The notes under the pieces are model-generated. The model worked only from the letters and a program-made list of their open reading frames with translations, was not told where the DNA came from and made no database searches. Shown in pieces: positions 13,601-25,473 of a DNA stretch of 64,000 nucleotides. The DNA is from Saprolegnia diclina VS20 (Eukaryota): the NCBI RefSeq assembly GCF_000281045.1, contig NW_008246087.1:256987-320986 (forward strand). The letters are read 5' to 3'. The position numbers were made by a program, and so were the translations under genes. The first letter of the stretch is position 1. Each line of letters opens with the position of its first letter.

Positions 13601-15875
13601 AACTTGTCCTCCGAGCGGCGTGAAATCGTTTAACGTCACGTTAATGGCGCCCATGCTCACCGCATCTAGTCACATTCGTCAAGTTAAGTTATTGCATTTG
13701 ATTCTCTCTTGTACCGAGGTAGAATGCGTTATACGCAAAGCCCGAAGTGACTGCGACAAGGACACTGGTCGATGTCGGCGCATTGCTCGGCGACGTGAGC
13801 GACCGAAACAAGCGCGTTTGCAACGGCCGGACAAAGCCCACCCTCGTGATCGTAAAGGGGGAAATGCGAGCGTTGGGTGCTGGTGGGGTGTAGAAGGACC
13901 CCGGGTACGTCGTCGTGTCGATTACACTAGACGTTGGCACTTGCAGCTGCGTCGACTGCAACACGGCCCACGCCCCAACCGACGCTGTAAAGGCGTCGGG
14001 CCATGCCGCAGATGCAAAGAGAGGTGGCAGCGCTTGCTGCTGGTCGATCGTGTAGTAGTAAATGTACAAGGTGTACATCCGCGTCAAGGCCGCTGTTGAC
14101 GACGCACTCCCCACCGTAATGTCCGCGTACCTACGCGATAGTCCCATAAAGAAAACAAAGCTACCGGAGCTTTACCCGAGATCGAGGGGCGACAGGAGCG
14201 ACCAAATCGCGTGCTTGAGTCGGTAAAACACAAAGGGGTTTAACGGCGCATGCATCTCTAACGTCAGTGCCAAGGTCGCGTACGACGTCTATACCACAGC
14301 TTGGATAGTACTCGTATTACCGCTGGATAGGTTGGATAGGTGCAAAAGCATACCTGGAACGGCGGTGATGGCAGCTCCAGCGTCGCCGACGGAAACAAAT
14401 TGCAGTAGAAAGGCGTGTTCCAGAACGCAAGCGAGAGGCGCATGACAAAGGCGTCGTCAAGGCTCGGCGCGCCGGTATTGGCCACGAGAGGCAGCACGAT
14501 TGACAGCACGCTACATGAGTCCTTGTCGGCTCTTCTACTAACTACAGACAAACGTACGAAGCGTCGACGTCCATCGAAATGTCAGCGAAAAGCGGTCGCG
14601 TGTCGGACAGGCCCCTACACCACCCACCCATTCACCTAGTAGTATGTATCATTTTGAAATGGTTGCGTACGTCTGCAGCCCGAGCGACGACGGCAATGCC
14701 CGTGCAACGCTGTCAAAGAACGACGACGCGTTGCCTTCGAGGTCCGTGAGCGCGATCGCACAGCCGGTGCGGAGGATCAAAAGCGGGTGGCTGTACACGG
14801 GCGCCGGCATTTGCACGAACGGCTGCGACGCATCCAAGTTGACATCAGCGGCGACGACCGACTAGAGACAACAGTATCAACTTTTCAAGTAGTTGATGCA
14901 AGTTTGTCGGACGATGTTGGCTGGCAAGAGCGCGCGCCACGCGCCCGTTTGCACCACCGCGCCGATCGACGACCGCCGCAGAACAGAGGCGTCGGTCATT
15001 GTGAGTCGCAAGAGCGACACCGAGGCCAAGCCGTAGACTTCGAGCGGGATCGGCGACAGCGGGAGCGAGCGAACGTTGCTGGCTAGCATCGGCAGCGCGT
15101 TCGAACGCAGCGACGCGACGATCGCAAAGACGACGGCGATGGCATCGGCGCCGTCTGCATCACGCAAGGCGACATCGATGGCGAGGTAAGCAGAGGGCAA
15201 TAGCGCGACGCTCGAGCCCGATTCGAGCTGCAAAGCATGGGTCCCGTCCGGGTACAAGTGGTAAGAAGAGGCTATCTCGCTTAGCGTGAGCCACTCGCCT
15301 GTCTGCGTCGCATAGCCGAGCTCGAGGCCTTGGCGCATGCGCTTGGATTGCTCGCTAAAGTCGACTGCCGCCGGACCGACCGCGACGCAGAGCCCGCTAC
15401 ACGTCTACACCATATTTTGCATCAATCGGCTAACGTGAGATCGTGGACGTACTGGCAGTAGGTTGCACGCCGCGCTTGCCTCGGGCATCGAGAGGTTGGC
15501 TCGTAGGTTTAGTGAAGCGGCGACGACGCTACCGTCAACGCTGCTACAGGCGTACGGCACGAGGTAGTCGACCGCCAGCGTCAGCACAACGCTGCCACGC
15601 GACGTACGCTCCAAGCTGGGCGTCTCAATGTGCGTGAAGCGCACATTCGCTGCGTCGACGGCCATCATATCGGCCAAGACATTGCGAAAGATCGTCTTGG
15701 TCGCATCAAAGTCGGCCAGCGACAAGTTGGCACCGAGAAAGATGGAAAAGTTGGCGTGCGTCGGCGAGTAGGCCGAGCCGGCGCGTATGTGCGGCGGCTG
15801 CAGCACCGACGCGGCCAAGTCGAAGCCGCGCACCGCGCCAGCGACCACGACTCCGACAAGCCATGCGACGAGCAT
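10654..15875 (-). CDS. Large multi-exon secreted protein of unknown function with Ser/Thr/Pro-rich repeat tail
   Basis: Signal peptide MLVAWLVGVVVAGAVRG at 15875. The first exons (15875 to about 14330) splice in frame via GT-AG introns. Cys-containing minus-strand ORF pieces continue to a mucin-like C-terminus ending at 10654. Internal exons not fully resolved, so it could be two genes. Confidence 0.6.
10670..10922. repeat. Coding tandem repeat, 90-bp unit x about 2.8
   Basis: GCGTTGGCGTCTCGGTGACGGCAGAGCTACTGCC recurs at 10671, 10761 and 10851. It encodes TEPVAANPPAGAGSSSAVTETPTPTPAPAP on the minus strand. Confidence 0.95.
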
Positions 15876-16061
15876 CCCTTACACGATCTAAAATCTTTGG
15901 AAAGATCGAAACGCTTGCGATGTTGAACCCTGTCCCTTCGACTCCATCACCGAGATCACCACGTATGCAGTTGGCCCGTCGCATTGCCCTGTGGTATCAT
16001 TACATGCAATGAACAAGACGGACGTATCGGGTATTATGTCAAAGGATTGGGCGTCAACGAG

Positions 16062-16811
16062 CTAGACGTGTCGGAGAAAGGCGCTCGAGTTGCGCTTGGC
16101 GACCGCGCGTGGCACCGAGCGGAAGGACCCGTCCAAGCTGTCCTTCCGCTTGGCTTTGCGAGGCGACGGAGGCTCCAGAATAGGTGGCTCGTCACGCGCT
16201 GTCGTATCGAGCTCGAGCGTGGGCACTGATGTCACGGGCCGCGTGGTCTGCCGAGGCGGCGATGTAAACTTGGCCGGGACCTTGAAGCCCTTGGCCCAGT
16301 GCGCCCATTCGTTGTGTATTTTGTCGCGCTCTTCTTGCAGTCGCAAGAGCACCGACGGGCGCACGGGTGATACCGGCTCCTTGTCGTCGACGATAACGTA
16401 GTCGGTATGTTGCCGGAGACGCAGCGCTTCTCCCGACCCGCCCACCGAGTAGCGGCGGTGGAGGACGAGGTGACTCGTCGAACACGCCAGCGGTAAATCC
16501 GTCTTGAGCCGCTCTTCAAAGATGCGTTTGGTGTCAAAGCGCACGCGTTTCGTAGATCTTTTTGGTGAGCTGGCGCGCTTGACAGGATCGACCAAGCAGC
16601 TCACAGGCGGCGCCGTGTCCGGGGCAATGACGATGCGCCCGTCCGCGTCGATATCAACCTCGAGCATCGGAGACTTGGTTGCACGTGAAGGCGACGCAGT
16701 GGGTGACAATGGAGATGGGAGCGGTACTGTGTGCGGTGAGATGTACCCGATCGAGAGCTTGAGCTCGTCGCGGCTGGGCGGCGGCGTCGTGCGCGTTGCC
16801 TCTGCACGCAT
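16062..16811 (-). CDS. Hypothetical Pro/Ser/Arg-rich protein
   Basis: About 250 codons open from ATG 16811 (MRAEATR), with coding-like composition. Contains KRVRF, a possible PP1-docking RVxF. No recognised domain. Confidence 0.5.
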   Translation of the reverse strand: MRAEATRTTPPPSRDELKLSIGYISPHTVPLPSPLSPTASPSRATKSPMLEVDIDADGRIVIAPDTAPPVSCLVDPVKRASSPKRSTKRVRFDTKRIFEERLKTDLPLACSTSHLVLHRRYSVGGSGEALRLRQHTDYVIVDDKEPVSPVRPSVLLRLQEERDKIHNEWAHWAKGFKVPAKFTSPPRQTTRPVTSVPTLELDTTARDEPPILEPPSPRKAKRKDSLDGSFRSVPRAVAKRNSSAFLRHV

Positions 16812-17278
16812 CGTGAAGACAGCTAATACATTATGACGATGGACGCACCAGTGCCGCAACAATGATCGCTGGACGTCGAGAGCGTCGACCCCATCGCGCT
16901 CGATCTGCTTCGGTCCGGTGGTCGCTTTAAATAGGTGCCAAAAGTTGGCGCCAACAGTTATGCAGCAACTAAAGACGGCCGTCGATACAAGGCTTGTGGT
17001 CATATAGCCGCAAGTATACTCCATATTGTACCAGTGCTAGCTAGGGTTTGAGCTATTGACATGGTTTGGTTCAGACTAATGGCCGAGGCTACGTACGTGG
17101 CGCGCCGACCCGCCGATGGCCGTGCGAGCTACGACGTGATTGGTCAATAATCGGCAAGATATCTTTGGAGTAGCCAATGATACTTTGGCAGTGGCGCGCT
17201 TCAACTGGTATACAAAGAGCAAGAGAGTCAAGAATCGAAAGATTGCCTATTTTGCGGTTTGCGAAGGGACAGCGGACG

Positions 17279-18371
17279 ATGGGCTGCTGCTTCTCCAAGG
17301 AAGACGACGCGGGCTACGAGGCCAAGGAGAAGCTCCTGCCCAAGGCCCACAAGTTCGTTGAGATGAGTGCAGTGGGTGCGTCATGGAGGCTCGTAGGGAC
17401 GTGGTGACGCGCGAGCTACCCAAGCCGACCGGCAGCTACAAGTCGCCCGACGTCACGGCCCAAGCGCCTGTCGAGAAGAAGCGAACGCCGACCAAGCCGA
17501 CGTACGAGGCGCCAAAAGCACCGATCGAGACCAAGCCGATGCCACCGCCGCGAACGGAGCCAAGCCCCGTGGCCGTGGCGCCATCGATTGCGGTGGCGGC
17601 GCCATTGCAGCCCGAGCCAAGCCCGCCAAGAGATGTGGCAGAGGCTTCGCTAGCGCCTGCAAGTCGCAAGACGACGGACGTCGCTGACGAGGCGCATCTG
17701 GACGCTACTCATGCCACAAAGCCACAGGTGCAGCCCACGGCACCCGCGCCGGCAGCGCAGCCAACTGGTTCGTTCACCGTACCGCAATCACCCATCGCCA
17801 AGGCGCTTTCGCCACTTGAGAAGACTCCGTCGCCGGTCAACAAGCCTCCGACGCCCGTTGCGGCGCCTGCGTCCCCTATCAAGGTCGCATCGCCAGCGAG
17901 CCGCAAGAGCTCGTGGACCGAGGTGGGTGTGGACGACGCGACTCCCGTAAAGGAGGCGAAGGCGCCATCACCGGTCGCTCGGAAGTCTTCAGTCCAAGAC
18001 GAGAAGGCGCCGTCACCGGTTGCCCGGAAGGCGTCAGTGCAGGACGAGAAGGCTACATCGCCCGTCGCGCGCCAAGCCTCGATCAACGAGTCCAAGCCAA
18101 CCGCGAGTGCGGCCCCCCAGGCCAAGTTGGTGCACACCCAATCGTCCATCTCGGAACAAGATTCCACCGAGCTCTCTCGCAGTCGAGAGAGCTCGCACGC
18201 CTCGAACGAAGGCGACGACGCCAAGGACGACAAGCCTGTCGAACAAGCCGCTCCGGTTTGTTACTACCTCATTATCTGTCTCTCGCTAAGGCTCGCGTGG
18301 TATAGGCGGCGACAGCGTCCAAGGGCAAGAAGAAGAAGAACAAGAAGAAGAAGGGCAAGGGCAATGCGTAG
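17279..18371 (+). CDS. Disordered Pro/Ser-rich protein with N-terminal MGCC acylation motif and polybasic C-terminus (introns 17353-17396, 18256-18305)
   Basis: Start MGCCFSKED. In-frame splicing gives the C-terminus SKGKKKKNKKKKGKGNA*. Confidence 0.75.
17959..18090 (+). repeat. Degenerate 45-bp coding repeat x3 (KAPSPVARKSSVQDE)
   Basis: Units start at 17959, 18004 and 18049. Confidence 0.8.
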
Positions 18372-18518
18372 GCGTACTTGCTGTTCTGTTTGTGCATCCG
18401 GCCTCGAAATCAATATATGCGTGATTATCGTCGCGCCCAAGGATTAACCCCAAGCACCACAAGGTGTCTCCTTGTTGCGTCCTGTTGCCCGGCCCTTTGG
18501 ACCGTTCGAATTTTCATA

Positions 18519-18581
18519 CGTTGTGATTGGTGGATCCAGAAAATCGCGGATTCGAATTTTCTAAATCCACCAATCACAACG
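18519..18581. repeat. Perfect 17-bp inverted repeat (hairpin) in intergenic DNA
   Basis: CGTTGTGATTGGTGGAT (18519-18535) and its exact reverse complement ATCCACCAATCACAACG (18565-18581). Confidence 0.9.
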
Positions 18582-18822
18582 CGTGGAAATGCGGCGAAAT
18601 GCTGGAAGACCCCGATCAACCAAGGGATCCAAGCCACAGACCGACGCGTGACCGAGCGCATAGCGTCGCTAGCAGAGCACTTGCGTATGCATAAGGTCGA
18701 GCTGCGTATATATGCCAGCTCGATGGCGTCTGTGGCAGCGAAGCGCTGGTCTTAATCCTGTCAAATCGCATGTCGTGGTACGATCATCTTGTGGAGGTGT
18801 GCCCATCGAAATCGAAAAACGA

Positions 18823-19890
18823 ATGGGCCGGCCTTTCCGCGCCGTGCTCCTCAACGACGTGCTCTTGGATGCGATCGTGTCGTACCAAGACGGGTACTTT
18901 GGCGATCTTCGCCCGCGCGTGCTGCAGTGGAAGAGTATGAAGCGCGACCATGGCGACTACCTCTTGCCGAGCGGCGACCGCGTCTCGGGCGGCCTCGACC
19001 TCATGCTCAACTGGCTCGGCGCCGACAAGCGCTTCCTGCTGCACATTGCCATCTACGAAGACAATTTGGATCTCATTCAGCGCTGGCTCGCGTGCTGCGG
19101 CCGGTCGTATGTCTCGGCCCAGACGCTCGACTGCGCAGCGCGCTTTGGCCGCCACCGCCTCGTGCGCTTCGTCCACGAACTCGGATACCCGGCGACGGTC
19201 CAGGCCATGAACTCGGCGGCGTGCTACGGCCACCTCGACGTGCTGCGCTTCCTCCACGAGCACCGAGACGAGGGCTGCACGAGCAAAGGCAAGGACTACG
19301 CGGCCGAGAACGGGCACTTGGACGTCGTGCGCTTCCTGCACTCGCACCGGTCGGAAGGCTGCTCCATGGCTGCGCTCAACTTTGCCGCGCGCAACGGCCA
19401 CTTGGACGTTGTCCGCTTCTCGAACACACAGCGCGACGACGGCGCGACAGTCGACGCAATGGATTTTGCCGCGTGCAACGGCCACCTCGACGTCGTCTTG
19501 TACCTGCACGCGCAGCGCACGGAAGGGTGTACGCGCTTTGCCATGGACTACGCAGCCATAGGCGGCCACTTGCGCGTCGTCACCTTCCTGCACGAGTCGC
19601 GCTCCGAAGGCTGCACGACGCTCGCGATGGACGGCGCGGCCGAAGGTGGGCACCTCGACGTCGTGGCCTATCTGCACCGCCACCGCCATGAAGGCTGCAC
19701 AGACAAAGCACTCGAGGGCGCAACGTACCGCGGCCGCGAAGACGTGGTCCGGTTTCTCTTGGCCCACCGAAACGAAGGCGACCTCGAGCGCTGCATTGAC
19801 GTGGCTGAGAAGAGGTATTACATGCGGATCCGCGATCTGCTCTGGAACGAGCACGCCAAGCGCATGCCCGCATCGCTACCTGCCCAATAG
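18823..19890 (+). CDS. Oomycete-type ankyrin repeat protein
   Basis: Repeated (A)MDxAAxNGHLDVVxFLHxxRxEGCT units. Single exon. Confidence 0.9.
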   Translation: MGRPFRAVLLNDVLLDAIVSYQDGYFGDLRPRVLQWKSMKRDHGDYLLPSGDRVSGGLDLMLNWLGADKRFLLHIAIYEDNLDLIQRWLACCGRSYVSAQTLDCAARFGRHRLVRFVHELGYPATVQAMNSAACYGHLDVLRFLHEHRDEGCTSKGKDYAAENGHLDVVRFLHSHRSEGCSMAALNFAARNGHLDVVRFSNTQRDDGATVDAMDFAACNGHLDVVLYLHAQRTEGCTRFAMDYAAIGGHLRVVTFLHESRSEGCTTLAMDGAAEGGHLDVVAYLHRHRHEGCTDKALEGATYRGREDVVRFLLAHRNEGDLERCIDVAEKRYYMRIRDLLWNEHAKRMPASLPAQ

Positions 19891-20894
19891 ACGTCATATT
19901 CTGTTTGAAAACACTGTTCTTGTCCTGCATGCAGAAAAGGCAGGAATCAACCAGCGGAATTGGCATCAACGCACCAGTGAGTTGGCGAGTGCGATGATGA
20001 AGTGAGCGTAGACTGCACGCCATGAACCAGTGGTACGAGCTGAACGATGCGCGCTATGCATGCTATCGTTGCTCCTTTCTAGTACGCCAAGCCCAATGAC
20101 AACTTCATCGGCTACCAAAGAGATATATAATGACGTAGCGACAGAGGTTCTACGCGATGGCAGTGGCACTGTCGTCTTGCTACCAGGCTTCTTCCTCGGT
20201 CATAGCTTCTTGGCAGGCGGTCGCTGACGAAGTGGTCGTGTCATGTGTCGTGTGCGCCAGTTGCGTCTGGAGTTTGCCGCAGTGCGCCCGGAGCAATGGA
20301 CTTGAAGTCTCGTGCGAAGCGCAGCATTTGTATGCAGACAGATTTCACAGATTGAGCGTCGATGCATGCACGACACGAATGATCTGAACGGGTATTACGT
20401 TGGCACTCGTGACCTGCCACAGTGAAAGGTCGTGCAAGCATGGCGTCGGCCTTGAGCACACCAAGCGCAGTGCAACCATAGAAAGACCGGAATGCCAGGT
20501 ACGAACCAAGTGTCCAAGAGCAAGCGTGATTGCTGATCGTACATAAGGGAGGGAGGTGCTATGAGATGCGTCACCTTTGCGTCTAGGTCTAATATTCGGC
20601 AGATGCCGTGAACAAGAGACGCGCACGTGAGGCCGATGCGGTGCAGATCGAGCCAGCACGGTCGACGTAGTCATTCATCCGTACTTGGAGTAAGCACATC
20701 GCACCAGTATGCTATGGGACCAGCTCGCTGTTGTAAGAGCATGATGATTGAAGTTGCCCCAGACCGCAATCGTTGTGCCAAGTTATTTTCGGCCAATGCC
20801 GAACATAAGCGCTTACACTGCCTCGATTACGCATTTCGTCAACCGGACGAGAGAGTGTATCCGGTTGCCGCGTACCAGTTTTGCTTGCGCAAGA

Positions 20895-23572
20895 ATGGGG
20901 CGGCGGGGCAAGGACGTCGGTGCGCTCTCGCTCGGCCACAGCGCTGGCATCGCCATGGGCGCGGTCTTCGGCATGTTCTGGATGCGCGTCGTCCTTGCCT
21001 TTACGTACGTGGAGACCATCTTCTTCATGATCCTCCCCGTCTCGGTCTCGATCCTTGTCGTTGCCGAGCAGCGGTCGCTCGGTCCCATCTTTGACAAGCT
21101 GTACGCGCTTCGCCTGCATGGCTTTCGCCTCTGAATACAGTCTAGGCTCTTCAAGATCCAGTCGATTGTCTACGTCGCGATCGAGTCGTCGAGCCTGCCT
21201 CGCAAGGCGCGGGCAACGTCGACGGCCACCACGCTCACGGAAGGCGCCTTGGCACAGCACGAGGCGTCGCCCGACTCGTCGCCGGCTGCTTCGCCTGTCC
21301 ACAAGGCTGTCATGTACCGCAAGAGCTCTGGTAGGATCGTATCTCGCATCATCTTTGTCTGATGCCATATGCAGCTGCGTCCAACTCGTCGGAGCTTATC
21401 TCGACTGCGCAAAGCAGTCTCTTTGCCGGCGTGGGCATTGGTCTGCGCGACCACACAATGGGCTTCAACGCCGTGAGCGGCCAGTCCAAGCCCATTTACC
21501 TCCAAGAAGTCAACTCGGGCTACTTTGTGAAATCGGTCGACGGCCGCCTCAAGCTCACGGCGCGCCCGGACGACTCGTGTCTCTTTATCTGGGTCCGCGG
21601 GAAAACCCACCATTGGGGCCTCCTCTCGCTCTCGACCCAGCGCTTTCTCGGGCAAAACGTCGTCTCGATGGTCGTTGTGTCGGCCAAGAAGCTGCAAAAC
21701 TGGGAGGCCTTCCGCGTCCTTCAAAATGGTACCTCTTCCTCGTGCAGTATGCCCTTATCGAAAGCACGTAGCGGACGTCCCGTCCATGGCCCCAGACGAT
21801 GCGATCTCATGCCCGATCCACTTGATTCTCTGCTCGGCGCGCTTTGGCAAAGGTCGCTCTTCGCCGCCATTTTGCTTGTGTCTCATCAATACCTACAGGC
21901 ATGTGGCTCTCCACGCGCTTGAAGGAAGGCGACCGCGTGCTCTCGCTCTCGAAAAACTACGCGTCTGCGCTCTGCGTACGGTACGCCTCGGACCTCGTCG
22001 CGTTCAAGAAGGACGCCGATGCGAACGAGCCTCGGCCGTCGCGGTCGTCGTCGTCGTCGTCGTCGCCGGCGCGGGACTCGTTTGTCGGCGACGCACCGAC
22101 GCTGCCGTGGCTGTCGGCGACGGCTTCGTTTTTCCAGTCGACGTCCTTTGCGACCATTTTGACGCAGACGCTCGAGAATGTGACGTACGTCGTTGCACTC
22201 TCTTTTGCCTTGTGTCTCAAGTAGAGTGTAGCATGTCGTCGCTGACCAACTTGTTTGTCGACGCGTACGACGTCATGCTGCCAGACGCATGCGGGAGCTG
22301 GTCGGGCCACCCCACGCTCGGCAACGTCCGGCTCGTGAGCTACCCGATCTCGCCCGGGTCGGTCGACGAGTACCACGCGTGCAAGTTTGAGAACGACGAG
22401 CTCTCGTTCAAGATCAAGGTCCAGTTCCACGGCTTGGCGCTTGGCGATACGTTTTCGCTCGAAGTCGAGTACCTCCTCAAGAGCCTCAGCGACAAGCGCG
22501 TGAGTTTGACGTGCCTCAAGGCCGTGCACTGGCGCAAGCCGACGCTGTTTCAGCGACATATCGACACGGCGTCCCGGGCCGCCGTCCTCGGCGCCGCCCA
22601 GCAGCTCGCCGCGCTCCTCGTTGCGCGGAACCACTCGTCCAAAGTGCTTTGGAACCTGCCGACGCTGCTGTACAGCCACGTGCAGCAGCAGTTTGAGCGC
22701 AACCAAGTCGAGCACTTGAACGTGCTCGAGCCGCTGAGTTTGCCGTGGAAGTCGGCTCTCTTCTTCGAAAGCGAATCGACCAAGACCGTGTATGCGACCA
22801 TGTGGCCGATCACGCCGTCGACGTACTTTGAGTGGTTCGTCTCGGACGCCAGCGCCTTCTTCCGAAAGACGCACGACGAAAGCAAGCATGTCAACGTCGA
22901 CATGAGCCCGTGGACGTACCACAACACGCTTGGCCATGTCCGGTACGTCTATCCATTTATCCATCGATCCATCTATACATTTATCCATCTATCCATCTAT
23001 CCGGTGCAACGCATTCATGTATGGTTGTAGGAAGCAGACGTTTACGATGCCTGTCGAAGGCTTGGCCGGCCACGCCACGACGACGGTCCGCGAGTACCAA
23101 TGGTACGAAATGAACGGTACGACTTGCGACGCTATACATGCTACTGTTGCTTACTAACGAGTATGTATGTGCTGGTAGACGCACAGTTGCTCCGGTACGG
23201 CTCCAAGATCTACGTCGGCGACCTTCCGGACGGCCATGCCTTCTCGGTACGACCCCTAGCCCTAGGCGGGGTAGGGTTCATGGGTTCTAGGTGGAAGTGC
23301 GCTATGACGTGCAGCTGGATGTCCCGACGCAGACGCAGAGTCGTGTGACGAGCTCTATCGGTGTTGTGTGGACCCACAGTAGCAAGTTCCAAGCTGGCGT
23401 CGACGCAGCTGTCGCGGCGGCAGTCCCGGCGGCCATGACCAAACTCCTTGGTCGCATCAAGGCCAATCAGCACGAAGTCGATGACGTTCGCGAGATCCAG
23501 TGGCTGCCATCGCAAGACGACCTCACGGCCGCGCTCGTCGAAGCCATCGTGGCGGCCTTGGCGACCGAGTAG
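20895..23572 (+). CDS. Multi-exon membrane protein: N-terminal TM helices, fascin-like beta-trefoil, two VASt (StART-like) domains
   Basis: Hydrophobic N-terminus (IAMGAVFGMFWMRVVLAF...). Trefoil-like WGLLSLSTQRFLGQN...WEAFRV. VASt-like segments FHGLALGDTFSLEVEYLL...VHWRKPTLFQRHID and YFEWFVSDASAFF...VDMSPW...DLPDGHAFSVEVRY...GVVWTHSSKFQ. Stop at 23572. Confidence 0.65.
22949..23002. repeat. Intronic (TATCCATC)-like microsatellite
   Basis: Repeated ATCCAT/TCTA units inside intron 22943-23030. Confidence 0.8.
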
Positions 23573-23726
23573 TTCGCCACAATCGTCAAGTTGCTAGATA
23601 ACTTGACATTTCGTGTGATAACGCTTTGGAGGGTGTCATAACACGTGTTAGATTGCCTGCTTCGAAGGCCTTCGAGAACATCTTGCGGTTTGTATGCAAA
23701 TATTTCAATATTGCTCTTGTCGGACC

Positions 23727-24936
23727 ATGGCACACGTGACGGTCAAGCAGACGACGGGCGCGGCCCACGACGTCGAGATCGACGTGGCGACGGCGACTGT
23801 GCTCGAGCTCAAGCAAAAGGTGCAAGAGCTCCTGCACTGCCCGCCGGAGGCCCAGCGCCTCATCTTCCAAGGCCGCGTCCTCGACGAGAAGGCGACGCTC
23901 GCCTCATATGCACTCACGGACGGCCTCACGGTGCACTTGGTCATCAACGCCAAGCTCATGCCCGCAGCGACACCGACGCCGGCGCCTACTGCCACCCCTG
24001 CGACAACCCCTGCGACAACCGCTGCGGCAAGCTCCGCGCAAGTCTCGCTGGCGTCGCTTTTGCCGCTCTTGAAGCAGACGACGGCTGGCGTGGCGGCGCT
24101 CGCCACGCTCAAAAAGATGGCCGAAAACATCGTCAACCATCCGACCGAAGAAAAGTACCGCAAGATTCGTCTGAGCAACGAAGCCTTGAAGAAGAAAGTG
24201 CTGGACGTGCCTCATGGCCTCGCCTCTGTCCATGCGATGGGCTTCGCCCCTGGCGTTGAAGAGGTACAATGCTGCAACCTGTAACGAAGAAGACTCACGC
24301 TGGCGATCATTGTAGGACTTTCTTGTGCTCGTGCCGACGGCTAGCAACTGGGAGCACCTCGTCGCCTCCAAGCGCCTACTCGACCAAGCCAGTGCGCCCG
24401 CTGCCGCGCCTGCCTTCCCAGCATTCGCACCGTCGGCAGCGCCGGCGTCGGGTCCTGCTGGCTTGGGCAGTGACCCGCTGCAGGGCATGCAAGCGATGCT
24501 GCAGAACCCGATGCTTGCGTCCATGCTTCAGAACGACCCGCGCATCCAGCAAATGGCGCAGGGCAACCCAATGTTGCAGCAGGCGCTCGCGAATCCTGCG
24601 ATGCTGCAGCAAGCTCTCGGCGCTGTCCAGAACAACCCGATGATGCGGCAGCAGATGCAGCAGATGATGGCCAACCCGCAGCTCATGGAGCAGATGATGC
24701 AAGGCGGTGGCTTCCCCGCAAGTCCTTATGGCATGGGCTACGCCCAACCGCCGGCAGCGCCGGCCGCCGCGTCGCCGTTCGGTGCCCCCGTTTCGCTCGC
24801 GACGCCGTCACCTGCTGCGCCCGTGTCCCCTGCAGTGCCGGCTTCGACTACACGCGCCGCGCCCATGGCACCGCCCGCCCGTTCGGAAGAGGATGAGATC
24901 GCCGAAGCCATTGCGCGCTCGCTGCGAGAGATGTAG
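23727..24936 (+). CDS. Ubiquitin-like + PUB + STI1-like + UIM protein (intron 24264-24315)
   Basis: UBL: TVLELKQKVQE..CPPEAQRLIFQGRVLDEKATLASY. PUB: NIVNHPTEEKYRKIRLSN...AMGF. STI1-like MLQNP/NNPMM repeats. C-terminal UIM: SEEDEIAEAIARSLRE. Confidence 0.85.
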
Positions 24937-25473
24937 TACGTCGTGATGCTAGTCGTGTAAGATCAAATCCAATGTATGTTGCATGCGACCTGGGATACAG
25001 CTCGGACCTCATGCACTGGCTGCCCTCCATAGCGCGCCTTGGTTCGGGTCAGAACGCTCCGAAGCTATGCCATCGCCGCAGCAGAAGGCGAGGAGTCAGC
25101 AGTGCTGGCCAGTTGCACGCATCGACGTCACAGCAGCGCAACTCCCATGTCGACAGCCCACTTATCGCCATAGAACTTCCGTGTCTTCGCGTGTTACTAC
25201 TGTTGCACTGCGGGTAGTGTCCTCGCCTGCGTCGCTGGTGCCGCCGCACCGGACGCCGCACCGGACGCCGCAGGACCTCGGGTCGCAGAGGCGCTTTGGC
25301 GCAGACGCAGGCAGAGGGTCGCATGGCGGCTGGTGCCTAGCGTCAACGATTACGCACGTGGCACGCCTGCGTAGGCGCAATTTAATTCGAAAATGCTCGA
25401 AATAAAATAAATAAAATAATATTTGAAGGCAATTCGACCAAAAACCGAGTCGACGAGGGACACGAGGACGAGG

